Shown piece after piece: positions 17,674-26,720 of a stretch of 64,000 bases of DNA. Under the pieces are notes generated by a model. That model was not told the DNA's origin and did no database searches. It saw only the letters and a program-made list of their open reading frames with translations. The DNA comes from a virus: the IMG/VR virus record IMGVR_UViG_3300007513_002727, positions 1-64,000 of that record. One strand, given 5' to 3'. Position numbers and translations under genes: made by a program. Each line of letters begins with the position of its first letter. Within the stretch, counting starts at the first letter, position 1.

Positions 17674-18168
17674 TTATTTTGGTTTAACAGTTTTTGATTT
17701 TAATGGTGGACGAGCACCTGTTTTCGTTCCGCCGAGTTTCGGTGCTGAACCTTTTGTTTTTTTAATCTGAACACCTTTTAATCTTTTAGCACCTGCTCCA
17801 GATCTTTTTGTGATACCTAATTTCTTTCCTGCCGTTCTGGCTTTGATTGATCTTCTCTTTCTAATCTTTGCAGACCTTTGCGGGTCAGTTTTTTGAAAAC
17901 AGGTTGATGGTTTGGCAACGATTCTGCCTTTTCTTGGACCGCTCGTACATCTAAAACCTGCCTTTGGAGCACCACCTTTCTTTCTTCTAAAAATTTGGCT
18001 CACTCCTTCTGAAATTGCAGAATGATCTGACATTTCTAAAATATTACCATCAACCATTTCTGGTACTATATCTTGTGTCAACCGAGTTGATTGACCACTA
18101 GATATTGTGGCACTAGATGTAGTGCCTTCTGAATTTTTTGGTACTACGATGAATTCTTTGATCTTCAT
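17674..18168 (-). CDS. basic putative head-internal or virion protein
   Basis: MKIKE leader, FRCTSGPRKGRIVA core, K/R-rich tail; TAAATA-N5-ATG. Confidence 0.7.
   Translation of the reverse strand: MKIKEFIVVPKNSEGTTSSATISSGQSTRLTQDIVPEMVDGNILEMSDHSAISEGVSQIFRRKKGGAPKAGFRCTSGPRKGRIVAKPSTCFQKTDPQRSAKIRKRRSIKARTAGKKLGITKRSGAGAKRLKGVQIKKTKGSAPKLGGTKTGARPPLKSKTVKPK
18063..18125. promoter_or_regulatory. three NrdR-box-like palindromes inside a CDS
   Basis: GTACTATATCTTGTGT (18063), CCACTAGATATTGTGG (18095, +32), GCACTAGATGTAGTGC (18110). Confidence 0.6.
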
Positions 18169-18197
18169 ATCGGTATTTACCTAGACAACTCTGGATA

Positions 18198-18270
18198 GAG
18201 AACTGACGAGAACTGACGAGAACTGACGAGAACTAATAGAACTAATAGAACTAAAGCAATACGAACTGAT
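18198..18270. repeat. iteron-like tandem repeat (AGAACT core, 9-10 bp period)
   Basis: GAGAACTGAC x3, GAGAACTAAT, AGAACTAAT, AGAACTAAAG, then GAACTGA. Confidence 0.9.
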
Positions 18271-18348
18271 AGTAGTAACAATATATTACAGGGTGCTACA
18301 TTTTAACAAGATCAACTTCATTGTTGTAAACGGTTAAATACAAGCACA

Positions 18349-18585
18349 ATGAAGATATTAGAAGTAATAGGAACAAAAGAAAACATAGGACCAGCACCGT
18401 CAGGTGTATGCTCTAAACCTACATCATCTTTACCAGCATCTTGGGTATCTTCTTGTAAGTCACAAGGCAAAAGAAAACGTACCGGGAACCGTGTAGCCAA
18501 GCTAGGTGGTAAGACTAAAAAGGTTGCAGGTAAACGAATCAAAGGTAAGAAATACGGTGGACCTTTGCCAGATTATTCAGAATAA
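18349..18585 (+). CDS. small basic putative head-internal protein
   Basis: MKILE leader, K/R-rich, YGGPLPDY; TAAATA-N8-ATG. Confidence 0.7.
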   Translation: MKILEVIGTKENIGPAPSGVCSKPTSSLPASWVSSCKSQGKRKRTGNRVAKLGGKTKKVAGKRIKGKKYGGPLPDYSE

Positions 18586-18604
18586 CAAGCTAAACCAAAG
18601 ACCT

Positions 18605-18626
18605 AATAGCGAGCCAATAGCGAGCC
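18605..18626. repeat. 11-bp direct tandem repeat
   Basis: AATAGCGAGCC x2. Confidence 0.85.
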
Positions 18627-18638
18627 ATAACTAGGTAT

Positions 18639-19775
18639 ATGCAAATAGGCTTTATAGGATTAGGTAAATTGGGTATGCCATGTGCAGAAGCAGTTTCAGA
18701 CAAAGGATTTAATGTGCTTGGATATGATATACTGCCTAAAACCAGTACAAAGATAGATATAAAAGATTCAATACAAGAAGTTATAGAACAATCGGATATT
18801 GTATTTGTTGCAACTCCTACTCCACATGAAGAAGGATACGATGGAAGAAATCCTACAAGTCATCTGCCACCTAAAGACTTTAACTATGATTCAGTAAAAG
18901 AAGTTTTAAAAGAATGCAACAAGTATGTTAAGAATGAACAAACACTTACATTAATATCAACAGTACTACCCGGAACAATAAGAAGAGAACTTGCTCCTAT
19001 TGTTACAAATACAAGATTGATTTATAATCCTTATCTAATTGCTATGGGTAGTGTAGGTTGGGATATGATTAATCCTGAAATGATTATTATAGGCACAATG
19101 AAAGGCAACCTCGTTACGGCCAATAGAGCAAAACATCTTTTGCATTTCTACGGAAGGATATGTGATAACAATCCTAGAATAGAATTTGGCACTTGGGAAG
19201 AAGCAGAAGCAATTAAAATATTCTACAACACTTTCATTAGCAACAAACTTGCATTAGTTAATATGATACAAGACGTTGCTGAACGTTTGGGCAACATGGA
19301 TGTTGATATAGTGACCAAAGCACTGGCAAAAAGCACTCAAAGAATTAACAGTCCTGCCTACATGAAAGCAGGTATGGGAGATGGTGGTGCTTGTCATCCG
19401 CGTGATAATATAGCACTTCGTTGGTTAGCAAAAGATATAGGATTAGGATATGACCTATTTCAAAGTATAATGACTGCACGTGAAAAACAAGCAGAAAATA
19501 TGGCAAAAGCAATATTAAAATATGGTAAAAACATATACTTTACATCAGACTCTTACAAACCTAACACAAATTTAATAGATGGATCATACTCTTTACTCGT
19601 ACAATATTACGTTAAAAAACATGGTGGAACACTAGTAAATGGTTTTGATACTCCCGTAGAAGTTATTGTAAGGGTGCATGAAACAAATAATATAACAGCA
19701 GATAATAAAACTGTTATATTTGATCCATGGAGAACATATCCAAAAGCAAATAATGTAGTTTATTATGGTAAATAA
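18639..19775 (+). CDS. ugd: UDP-glucose/GDP-mannose dehydrogenase family protein
   Basis: GFIGLGKLG Rossmann fold, ATPTP, STVLPGT, YNP, KIFYN, GDGGACHPRD catalytic Cys. Confidence 0.9.
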   Translation: MQIGFIGLGKLGMPCAEAVSDKGFNVLGYDILPKTSTKIDIKDSIQEVIEQSDIVFVATPTPHEEGYDGRNPTSHLPPKDFNYDSVKEVLKECNKYVKNEQTLTLISTVLPGTIRRELAPIVTNTRLIYNPYLIAMGSVGWDMINPEMIIIGTMKGNLVTANRAKHLLHFYGRICDNNPRIEFGTWEEAEAIKIFYNTFISNKLALVNMIQDVAERLGNMDVDIVTKALAKSTQRINSPAYMKAGMGDGGACHPRDNIALRWLAKDIGLGYDLFQSIMTAREKQAENMAKAILKYGKNIYFTSDSYKPNTNLIDGSYSLLVQYYVKKHGGTLVNGFDTPVEVIVRVHETNNITADNKTVIFDPWRTYPKANNVVYYGK

Positions 19776-19799
19776 GTACTATTATAGGAGAATTGATAT

Positions 19800-20207
19800 A
19801 TGCCAAATTCAGACAACCAAGATGGGGTATTTAATAAATTAACAAAAGAGATTAAGTACCATCACAATAAACCTGATCCAGCTGATGGGGATCCTGCAAA
19901 TGATTCAGTTGTAACACAATCCTTTGGTGGCAACATAGAAACAGCAAAATCACATTTTTTTCATGCTGATGCTTTAACTAATATGGATACAAATGGTACT
20001 CAACTAGATTATGCTATCACAGCTGATGGCAATGGCATTAAATTTACAATCGCTTTTGGTACTAAGGGTGCTGGAACTGCCGAAGCTGATGATTGGGCGG
20101 CTACATGGACAACTACTAAAGATAGTTTACTAGCGGCTAACAAATATGTAAATGTGAGAGCAGATCAATATTGGAGATCGACTGACGCTACACCTCACTT
20201 ATTTTAA
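19800..20207 (+). CDS. hypothetical protein, possibly virion-associated
   Basis: Strong AGGAG SD; A/T/D/G-rich composition. Confidence 0.75.
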   Translation: MPNSDNQDGVFNKLTKEIKYHHNKPDPADGDPANDSVVTQSFGGNIETAKSHFFHADALTNMDTNGTQLDYAITADGNGIKFTIAFGTKGAGTAEADDWAATWTTTKDSLLAANKYVNVRADQYWRSTDATPHLF

Positions 20208-20224
20208 TATAAAAAAGTTTTAAT

Positions 20225-21319
20225 ATGTTAATAGAACAATCAACATATTGTTCTTTATCCACATCTGCTTGGGACGACAGAAACAAAAAGATGTGTTGTT
20301 GGGCAAAATTACCAGAATATAAAAATTATCAAGAAATGCACAATAACAATACTGTCAAACAGTTAGTCGATGATTTACAAAACGGAATAAGAAACCCAAT
20401 ATGTAAAACTTGTTGGGCAATGGAAGACGATGGCATCTTTAGTATGAGACAACAATCGTTACAAAACGAAGGATTACCAAAAACAAACGATTTTTTACAA
20501 CAAGAACTACAAGATAAGAAATTAAAATATCTAATGTTAAATTCTGGAATACAGTGCAACTTCGCTTGTAGGACTTGCGGACCATGGAGTAGTACAGGGC
20601 ATTACAATGAATGGGCAGAGAAAAACGGGAGAGCCTGGAAAACAGACAACGTTGACTTGGAAGGATTATTAAAGCAAGACTTATCTAATGTAAAAAATAT
20701 TGAAGTACTTGGTGGAGAACCTTTTACAAATTTAGATCATTTAAAGGTTATTGACAAGTTAAAGAATTCTCAACCATATTGGTTAACTTATACAACAAAT
20801 GGGTCTGTGAGAATAAGAAAAGAAATATTAGATAAATTTACAAATTTCAAAGCAGTCAACATCTGTTTATCAATTGATGCTATAGGTAAACCTTTTGAAT
20901 ATATTAGAACTTTAGGCAAATGGGATCAAATTGTGAAAAATGTAGCAAATCTACAAGAGCAAATGAAAACATACAAACACCTAAGTATTAACGCACATAT
21001 AACTATTAGTGCTTTAAATGTATTGTATATAAACGAGTCAATCGATTGGCTTGATTCTAAAAATATTCCATTTGACTTTACATATTGTTATAACCCAAAC
21101 GAATATTCAATGAATCTTTTTAATGAAAAACAAAAACGACATATCATTAACTACCTTAAAGATAAAAAGGAAACTGCACCAATAATCAAACACATAGAAA
21201 ACTCGAAGTTTGATGAAGAGTTGTTCGAAAAATTTAAATATGCGGTTTCTTTTACAGAAAAATTTAGAAAACTTTCATTAAAAGATTATCTACCTAAACT
21301 TCACGAACTAGTAATATAA
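20225..21319 (+). CDS. radical SAM protein with N-terminal twitch/SPASM-like Cys cluster
   Basis: CNFACRTC, GGEP, TTNG, SID; N-terminal C...CC...CKTC. Confidence 0.9.
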   Translation: MLIEQSTYCSLSTSAWDDRNKKMCCWAKLPEYKNYQEMHNNNTVKQLVDDLQNGIRNPICKTCWAMEDDGIFSMRQQSLQNEGLPKTNDFLQQELQDKKLKYLMLNSGIQCNFACRTCGPWSSTGHYNEWAEKNGRAWKTDNVDLEGLLKQDLSNVKNIEVLGGEPFTNLDHLKVIDKLKNSQPYWLTYTTNGSVRIRKEILDKFTNFKAVNICLSIDAIGKPFEYIRTLGKWDQIVKNVANLQEQMKTYKHLSINAHITISALNVLYINESIDWLDSKNIPFDFTYCYNPNEYSMNLFNEKQKRHIINYLKDKKETAPIIKHIENSKFDEELFEKFKYAVSFTEKFRKLSLKDYLPKLHELVI

Positions 21320-22378
21320 TTTAAAATTAGGAATATAATCATCTATGTTTATATTTCTTCTAGTATTAATTGGTTCAAGATAATTTATTGTTTTAGAATA
21401 ATCATAATTTTCTTGTGTGTATAGTGTACTTGTAAGATATTCAAATCCTGAACCTTGTATTTGTTTTTCAAATTCTTTTTTTAAATCCAATGGTGCATTT
21501 AAAATACAAAGTTCTGCAGGTGTATGAACGTGTTGAATATACTGACCAACATATCTTTCCCTTTGCTCAAAGTATTGATACAAGTCATTAAACCATTCAA
21601 TAAAGTCTTTAATATTAAACATTGATAGTATTTGAATTGCTGTATCTATTTTTACTGTAAGGGTAGACAGCTCTGTTAGTGTTTTAATATTTTCTGTTAC
21701 CTTTTCAAAGTTACTTGGATATCTTATATAATCATTTGCTTGTCCATAAGCATCAACACTTACTGAAATGTTCACATTTTTAAAATAAGGTAGATATGAA
21801 TAAAACTTTTCTTGGACATTTGTTAAATTTGTTACAACGTTTAGATGTATGTTCTTTAGAATATTGTTATCTTTTAAAAACTGAAAATAAGTTATATATT
21901 GTTGAATTATTGAAGGCTCTCCTCCTTGTAAAGTTAAGTGTTTGAGATCGTAACTTAACTCACATATTTCATCTAACTCTTTATCTGCAATAGAAGTAAC
22001 ACTATTATTATCAGTAAATCGTCCTAGCTCTTTTGCCCACATTGAACTTCTTGATGGATCACACATGACACATTTCAAATTACAAAAATTAGATAGATCT
22101 AAATCAAGATGTTGTGGTAAATTGTTGTGTTCTAGATCTTTAAATTGTCCATTGTAAAGTTGTCTAAAACTTTGTATACCTTTATCTTCCATTTCATAAC
22201 AAGGAGTACAATCTTTAATTTTAATATTATTAGACAAATTTTGTCTAGCCTTTAATAATTTAGAATGCCATACAGTTTTTGGAGAGTCGTTATATCTTTT
22301 AAAAGAAGCACAGCACAAAGCATGACCTCTTTGTGTGTGTGAAAATTGTGCCCCTATTATACCTTGTTTGCAATACAT
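21308..22378 (-). CDS. radical SAM protein with N-terminal twitch/SPASM-like Cys cluster
   Basis: CNLKCVMC, GGEP, YIRYPS; start revised to MYCKQG (TAAATA-N5-ATG). Confidence 0.9.
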   Translation of the reverse strand: MYCKQGIIGAQFSHTQRGHALCCASFKRYNDSPKTVWHSKLLKARQNLSNNIKIKDCTPCYEMEDKGIQSFRQLYNGQFKDLEHNNLPQHLDLDLSNFCNLKCVMCDPSRSSMWAKELGRFTDNNSVTSIADKELDEICELSYDLKHLTLQGGEPSIIQQYITYFQFLKDNNILKNIHLNVVTNLTNVQEKFYSYLPYFKNVNISVSVDAYGQANDYIRYPSNFEKVTENIKTLTELSTLTVKIDTAIQILSMFNIKDFIEWFNDLYQYFEQRERYVGQYIQHVHTPAELCILNAPLDLKKEFEKQIQGSGFEYLTSTLYTQENYDYSKTINYLEPINTRRNINIDDYIPNFKLYY

Positions 22379-22397
22379 AACAGTATTTAACGGCCAC

Positions 22398-22428
22398 AAA
22401 AAAAGGGCGATATTTCTACCGCCCTTTA
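22398..22428 (-). terminator. intrinsic terminator
   Basis: AAAGGGCG...CGCCCTTT hairpin followed by a T-run on the minus strand. Confidence 0.8.
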
Positions 22429-22442
22429 AATTAAAATATTAA

Positions 22443-22814
22443 TTACGCAGAGTAATTAATAACTTTTCTGCCTGATTTTCTTAGCAATGAAATTATATTT
22501 GCTTTCATTGTTAATGCAGATGATTTAGGTGCAACACCTAAAATATTCACAGTAAAGTCTAAACCTTTAGATAACAACTTGTTAGTTGCAGTCTTTCTTG
22601 CAGTATTTTTTACTGCTAGGTTTTTAAACTTAATTTTGCCACCGTTAACTTCTCCATTTACTTTATAGTTAGAAGCCGGTTCTGCAAATACACCAATTTG
22701 CTTTGCTCTAGTTTTAAAGTTTCTAGTGTAAACAACGTATTGTGTTGAGTTTGCCATATGGTTATTTTCCTTTTTAGTATAAGGAAAAAATGTCTTTACT
22801 ATATTGCTAAACAT
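22443..22814 (-). CDS. basic hypothetical protein
   Basis: Own sigma70 promoter (22880-22908), AAGGAG SD and terminator. Confidence 0.75.
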   Translation of the reverse strand: MFSNIVKTFFPYTKKENNHMANSTQYVVYTRNFKTRAKQIGVFAEPASNYKVNGEVNGGKIKFKNLAVKNTARKTATNKLLSKGLDFTVNILGVAPKSSALTMKANIISLLRKSGRKVINYSA

Positions 22815-22879
22815 ATTTCTCCTTGGTTAATTAAAGTTGCCGGATTTTCAATCTCTGTTATCCTAACAACCATGCCACT

Positions 22880-22908
22880 ATTATAATATAAGTTGTATGA
22901 AATGTCAA
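22880..22908 (-). promoter_or_regulatory. sigma70-type promoter
   Basis: TTGACA-17-TATAAT. Confidence 0.8.
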
Positions 22909-22932
22909 CCGTATGATGCTGGTAAAGGTAAA

Positions 22933-23385
22933 CTAATTGTCTTTGATGCTTGGCACGTGGAATAGATCTATACCTTCGTCTAATAATTTCTTTGCTTCTT
23001 TCTTTGTAGCAGTGCCGTAAAACTCTTGATTTCTTTTACCTTTGTGTGCTTTACGTGCCTCTTTAGGAAACTCTTTGCCAACATTTTCAAAGTTTTTTTT
23101 AACGTGTTTCTCTAATGACTTTAATAAAGATCTTGCTCTGCCTCCCATTACCATTTGATCGCCAGTCATGTTTAAAACATTTTCTTTACCACGTTCTCTT
23201 GGAGATTTTTGATTACTCTTTTTACCAATGTTAGGAGACATAATGTCTTTACGCACTTTGGTGCTATCACACATTGGACACAGTAATTGTCCTTGTGCTA
23301 ATTGATTCTCATAATCTTCATTGCTAGGAAACCAACCCTCAAATTTTGCAGTACATTCACATATTAAAGAAAACTTTATTGACAT
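22933..23385 (-). CDS. DUF1178 family zinc-ribbon protein
   Basis: IKFSLIC..FEGWF..YENQ..G.L.CPMCDS..K.IMSP; ENVG..F..EARK.H..YG.AT. Confidence 0.85.
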   Translation of the reverse strand: MSIKFSLICECTAKFEGWFPSNEDYENQLAQGQLLCPMCDSTKVRKDIMSPNIGKKSNQKSPRERGKENVLNMTGDQMVMGGRARSLLKSLEKHVKKNFENVGKEFPKEARKAHKGKRNQEFYGTATKKEAKKLLDEGIDLFHVPSIKDN

Positions 23386-23443
23386 AATATTATTTACTAT
23401 TATACAGTTGACAACTTTTAAAGTCTACTATATTATATACATA

Positions 23444-23566
23444 ATGATATACGATAAAGGAAAACCTAAAAAAACATCGCAAGGTAAAAGAAAAAATGCT
23501 AAAAGAAGTTCAATGAATAAATCAAAGAAGAGGAGTTTTAAACCATACCGTGCCCAAGGAAGATAA
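23444..23566 (+). CDS. tiny basic protein ending YRAQGR
   Basis: 40 aa, K/R/S-rich; TTGACA promoter at 23408. Confidence 0.6.
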   Translation: MIYDKGKPKKTSQGKRKNAKRSSMNKSKKRSFKPYRAQGR

Positions 23567-23726
23567 AAATTTACAAACTAAAAAGTTAGAAGCTGAAGTT
23601 GGTAATTTACAAGTACAAAATGCAGACTATCAACAAATAGTACAAGAACTATCAGACAAATTAAAAAAGTACGAAAACAAATATGGAACAGTTTTTACGA
23701 AAGGTTCCTCAGACAATACAAAGTAG
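23550..23726 (+). CDS. small coiled-coil protein (not in the ORF track)
   Basis: GTG start; KLEAEVGNLQVQNADYQQIVQELSDKLKKY. Confidence 0.55.
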   Translation: MPKEDKNLQTKKLEAEVGNLQVQNADYQQIVQELSDKLKKYENKYGTVFTKGSSDNTK

Positions 23727-24150
23727 CATCTTTTTTAGTTCTAAACTTTAAGGTATTATAATCAACAACATAAATTCGTGTTGGACCAAATTCTTCCACA
23801 ACTTTTTCAAATTTTTCATCATACGCATGAAAGGGTTCTCTATCTGGTAGAGTAACTTTTGTTCCCCAAACCATTGGCCACCAATGCATAGGATTCCTTC
23901 CATACATCTCAGATACCCACATAGTTGGTAATGCAACTGCTAAGAAAGGAATTATTGTTAATGGTTCCATCCACCACGACAACTTATCAAAAAATATATC
24001 AATTATATGAACAAGCCCCCACCAAACTCCTACAATAACAGTCAGGATAATTCCTACTATTGCTAACCCTTCATCATCGTCTATATCAATATCGTGATGG
24101 ATTCTGTATCTATGATGTTTTTTAGGTTGTTTTTTATAACTCAAGATCAT
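23695..24150 (-). CDS. membrane protein
   Basis: Two TM segments; TAAATA-N5-ATG. Confidence 0.7.
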   Translation of the reverse strand: MILSYKKQPKKHHRYRIHHDIDIDDDEGLAIVGIILTVIVGVWWGLVHIIDIFFDKLSWWMEPLTIIPFLAVALPTMWVSEMYGRNPMHWWPMVWGTKVTLPDREPFHAYDEKFEKVVEEFGPTRIYVVDYNTLKFRTKKDATLYCLRNLS

Positions 24151-24244
24151 AAAACTATTTAATATTATGAAATAATTAATAGTACATATTTTGTTGTAAC
24201 GCTCCCAAGGAAGTTCACATCAAAAACCCCCAAATTCGATTATT

Positions 24245-25681
24245 ATGGAACTTGTCATACTAATGGCAGGTATTGTTTATGGCTTGATCATTGGCCTAAT
24301 ACCAGCCGCAGGAGCAACAACAGGACTAATCACACTATTTGGATTCATGCCCTACTTTGTAGGCGACCCGTACTTGGGTGTAATCTTTTGTGTAGCAGTT
24401 GTAGCCTCATCCACAACCGGTGATTCTTTTAGTGGTGTGCTGTTAGGCATACCTGGAGCCAACTCTGCGGCCGCAACAATGGTAGATGGGTTTCCTATGG
24501 CCAAGAATGGAGAAGCAACCAGAGCCTTGTCAGCGGCAATAACATCATCAACCTTTAATGGATTGCTCTTTGGATCACTTACATTTTTGTTCTTACCTTG
24601 GTACACGCAAGTTGTTATGTATATGGGCATACCCGAACTGTGGGCATTAGTATTATTAGCATTTGTCACTGTAGGTTTTGTTTCCACTAGGAAATATGTT
24701 AGAAGTACACTAGCTATAGTGCTAGGAATAACAATAGGACTAGTTGGTGTTGATGTAAACAATGTACCTCGTTTCACAATGGGTTGGAGATACCTTGAAG
24801 ACAGTGTACAGATACTGCCTTTTGTTGCAGGACTGTTTGCTATACCAGAACTTTGGAATGGTTGGTTCAATAGGAAAAAAACAACAACAATAAAAGCAGA
24901 ACAAGGCAGTTGGCAAGATCTAAAACAAGGAATCAAAGACACTATTAGATGTTGGAAGGATAGTATTAGAGGAGGAGCCATAGGTTCGTTTATAGGACTA
25001 CTACCTGGACTAGGTGGTGCAATGGCTGACTGGTTAGCATACGGTTCTACTGTGGCCGCTAACCCAAAAGAAAAATTTGGAGAAGGAAATGTAAGAGGCA
25101 TAGTAGGAGCAGAAGGAGCCAACAATGCACAAAAAGCCTCTTCATTTATTCCAACAGTTTTATTTGGTATTCCAGGTGCACCCTTTGCCGCGATACTGAT
25201 GGGACTATTTTTATACCTAGGTATTGACTTAGGATCTCCAGATACATTTTACGATAAAAAATTATTTGACAGCATGACTTTTGCTTTCCTTATAGGAACA
25301 ATGATAACTGCTGTTATTTGTTATGGACTGGCATATTTCGCAGGGTGGGTAACACGTATTCCATATGTGTATTACTTTCCTTTCATACTTGCTGTTATTG
25401 TTTGGGCAACCTTACAGTACACAGGCGGGTGGGAAGACCTTGCAGTACTTGTAGCATTCTCTATATTAGGATTGCTATGTAAAAAATTCCAAGTTAGCAG
25501 GCCAGCACTGTTAATTGGGTACCTGTTAAGTGACAGGATATACAATCTCACTTACCAATTAACATCACTCCATACGGTAAATGATTTAATTACAAGACCA
25601 CTCTTTATTTCTATAATGATTTGTGTTATACTTTTACTATATTGGGGAATAACAAAAAGGAGTCGATTAGACTATGCTTAA
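24245..25681 (+). CDS. tctA: tripartite tricarboxylate transporter permease TctA
   Basis: Multi-TM; GVLLGIPG..SAAATMVDGFPMA, IGLLPGLGG, AEGANNA, LFGIPG. Confidence 0.92.
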   Translation: MELVILMAGIVYGLIIGLIPAAGATTGLITLFGFMPYFVGDPYLGVIFCVAVVASSTTGDSFSGVLLGIPGANSAAATMVDGFPMAKNGEATRALSAAITSSTFNGLLFGSLTFLFLPWYTQVVMYMGIPELWALVLLAFVTVGFVSTRKYVRSTLAIVLGITIGLVGVDVNNVPRFTMGWRYLEDSVQILPFVAGLFAIPELWNGWFNRKKTTTIKAEQGSWQDLKQGIKDTIRCWKDSIRGGAIGSFIGLLPGLGGAMADWLAYGSTVAANPKEKFGEGNVRGIVGAEGANNAQKASSFIPTVLFGIPGAPFAAILMGLFLYLGIDLGSPDTFYDKKLFDSMTFAFLIGTMITAVICYGLAYFAGWVTRIPYVYYFPFILAVIVWATLQYTGGWEDLAVLVAFSILGLLCKKFQVSRPALLIGYLLSDRIYNLTYQLTSLHTVNDLITRPLFISIMICVILLLYWGITKRSRLDYA

Positions 25682-26720
25682 GAAAATAATATTGGCTTTG
25701 TTTATAATGACAACAACAGCCATGGCAGATTATAATTTAATTGTGCCACAAAAACCATCTGGTGGAACTTCTGTGTGGGCACAGATAGTTGTAGCAGAAT
25801 GGGAGAAACACTTAGGAGAAAAAATCAATTTGATTTATAAACCTGGTGCAAGAGATCAGTTGGGACCAAACGAGTTCCAAAATGAATTAAGGTTTGACGA
25901 CAAGACTATACTAGTATCACATGGTGGTAACGGTATATCGTATCTTGTTGAACCTGTTGATTACAATTATTTAGATTGGGAATCAATTGGACAGATGAAC
26001 TTGAATATCATTGTAGGTGCAAGAAACAAGGCCGATACTAAAAACGGTCCTATAAAGTTTCCATCAGGTTCTGGAATGACTCCAGAGATTATGGCAATCG
26101 TTATGTTGCTTACAGGACCAAATGGTGATCCAATTAAAACATTTGAAGACAAGATTGTTTGGGTAAAAGGAATGAAAGGGTCTGAAAGAAGACTTGCTTT
26201 TATTAGAGGTGACTTAAATGCAACCAGAGAAAACCCTGCCGCATATAAGAAACACGTGATACCTGTAATTGAAAAAGGTGATGCTTACACATGGTTCCAT
26301 CATGGACTACTTGATGTAAACACAGGACAACACGGAAAAGATCCTAACTTTACTGAACCAACATTCGAGGCTTTGTATAAAGCAACATACGGAGTAGCAC
26401 CAAGTGGTGACTTCTATGATGCATACAAACTTGTTAAGAGTTGGAGAGATGCACTGCAAAAAGCATTTTGGGTTAACAAAGGAAATCCAAACAAACAAAA
26501 ACTTGTTGATGCATTAAACAAAATGATAAATGATCTAGAATCAGTTGCCGCTATTGAGAAGAAAGTTGGCAAATACGAATGGAGAACAGGTGCTGACGGT
26601 GATGCCGCTGTGAGAACATTGAAGTCGTTTATTACACCTAAAGCACTGAAGACTTTGGTTAACTTTAAAAGAGAACAGTTAGGTTATAACACAGTCTACA
26701 AAGAGGAACTTACGCAATAA
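25674..26720 (+). CDS. tctC: tripartite tricarboxylate transporter substrate-binding protein (TctC/Bug-like)
   Basis: Signal peptide; LIVPQKPSGGT, YKPGA, AFIRGDL; follows tctA. Confidence 0.8.
   Translation: MLKKIILALFIMTTTAMADYNLIVPQKPSGGTSVWAQIVVAEWEKHLGEKINLIYKPGARDQLGPNEFQNELRFDDKTILVSHGGNGISYLVEPVDYNYLDWESIGQMNLNIIVGARNKADTKNGPIKFPSGSGMTPEIMAIVMLLTGPNGDPIKTFEDKIVWVKGMKGSERRLAFIRGDLNATRENPAAYKKHVIPVIEKGDAYTWFHHGLLDVNTGQHGKDPNFTEPTFEALYKATYGVAPSGDFYDAYKLVKSWRDALQKAFWVNKGNPNKQKLVDALNKMINDLESVAAIEKKVGKYEWRTGADGDAAVRTLKSFITPKALKTLVNFKREQLGYNTVYKEELTQ

Noticed and set aside
18198-18270. CRISPR array
   Set aside because: Units are 9-10 bp and abut without unique spacers; no cas genes are present.
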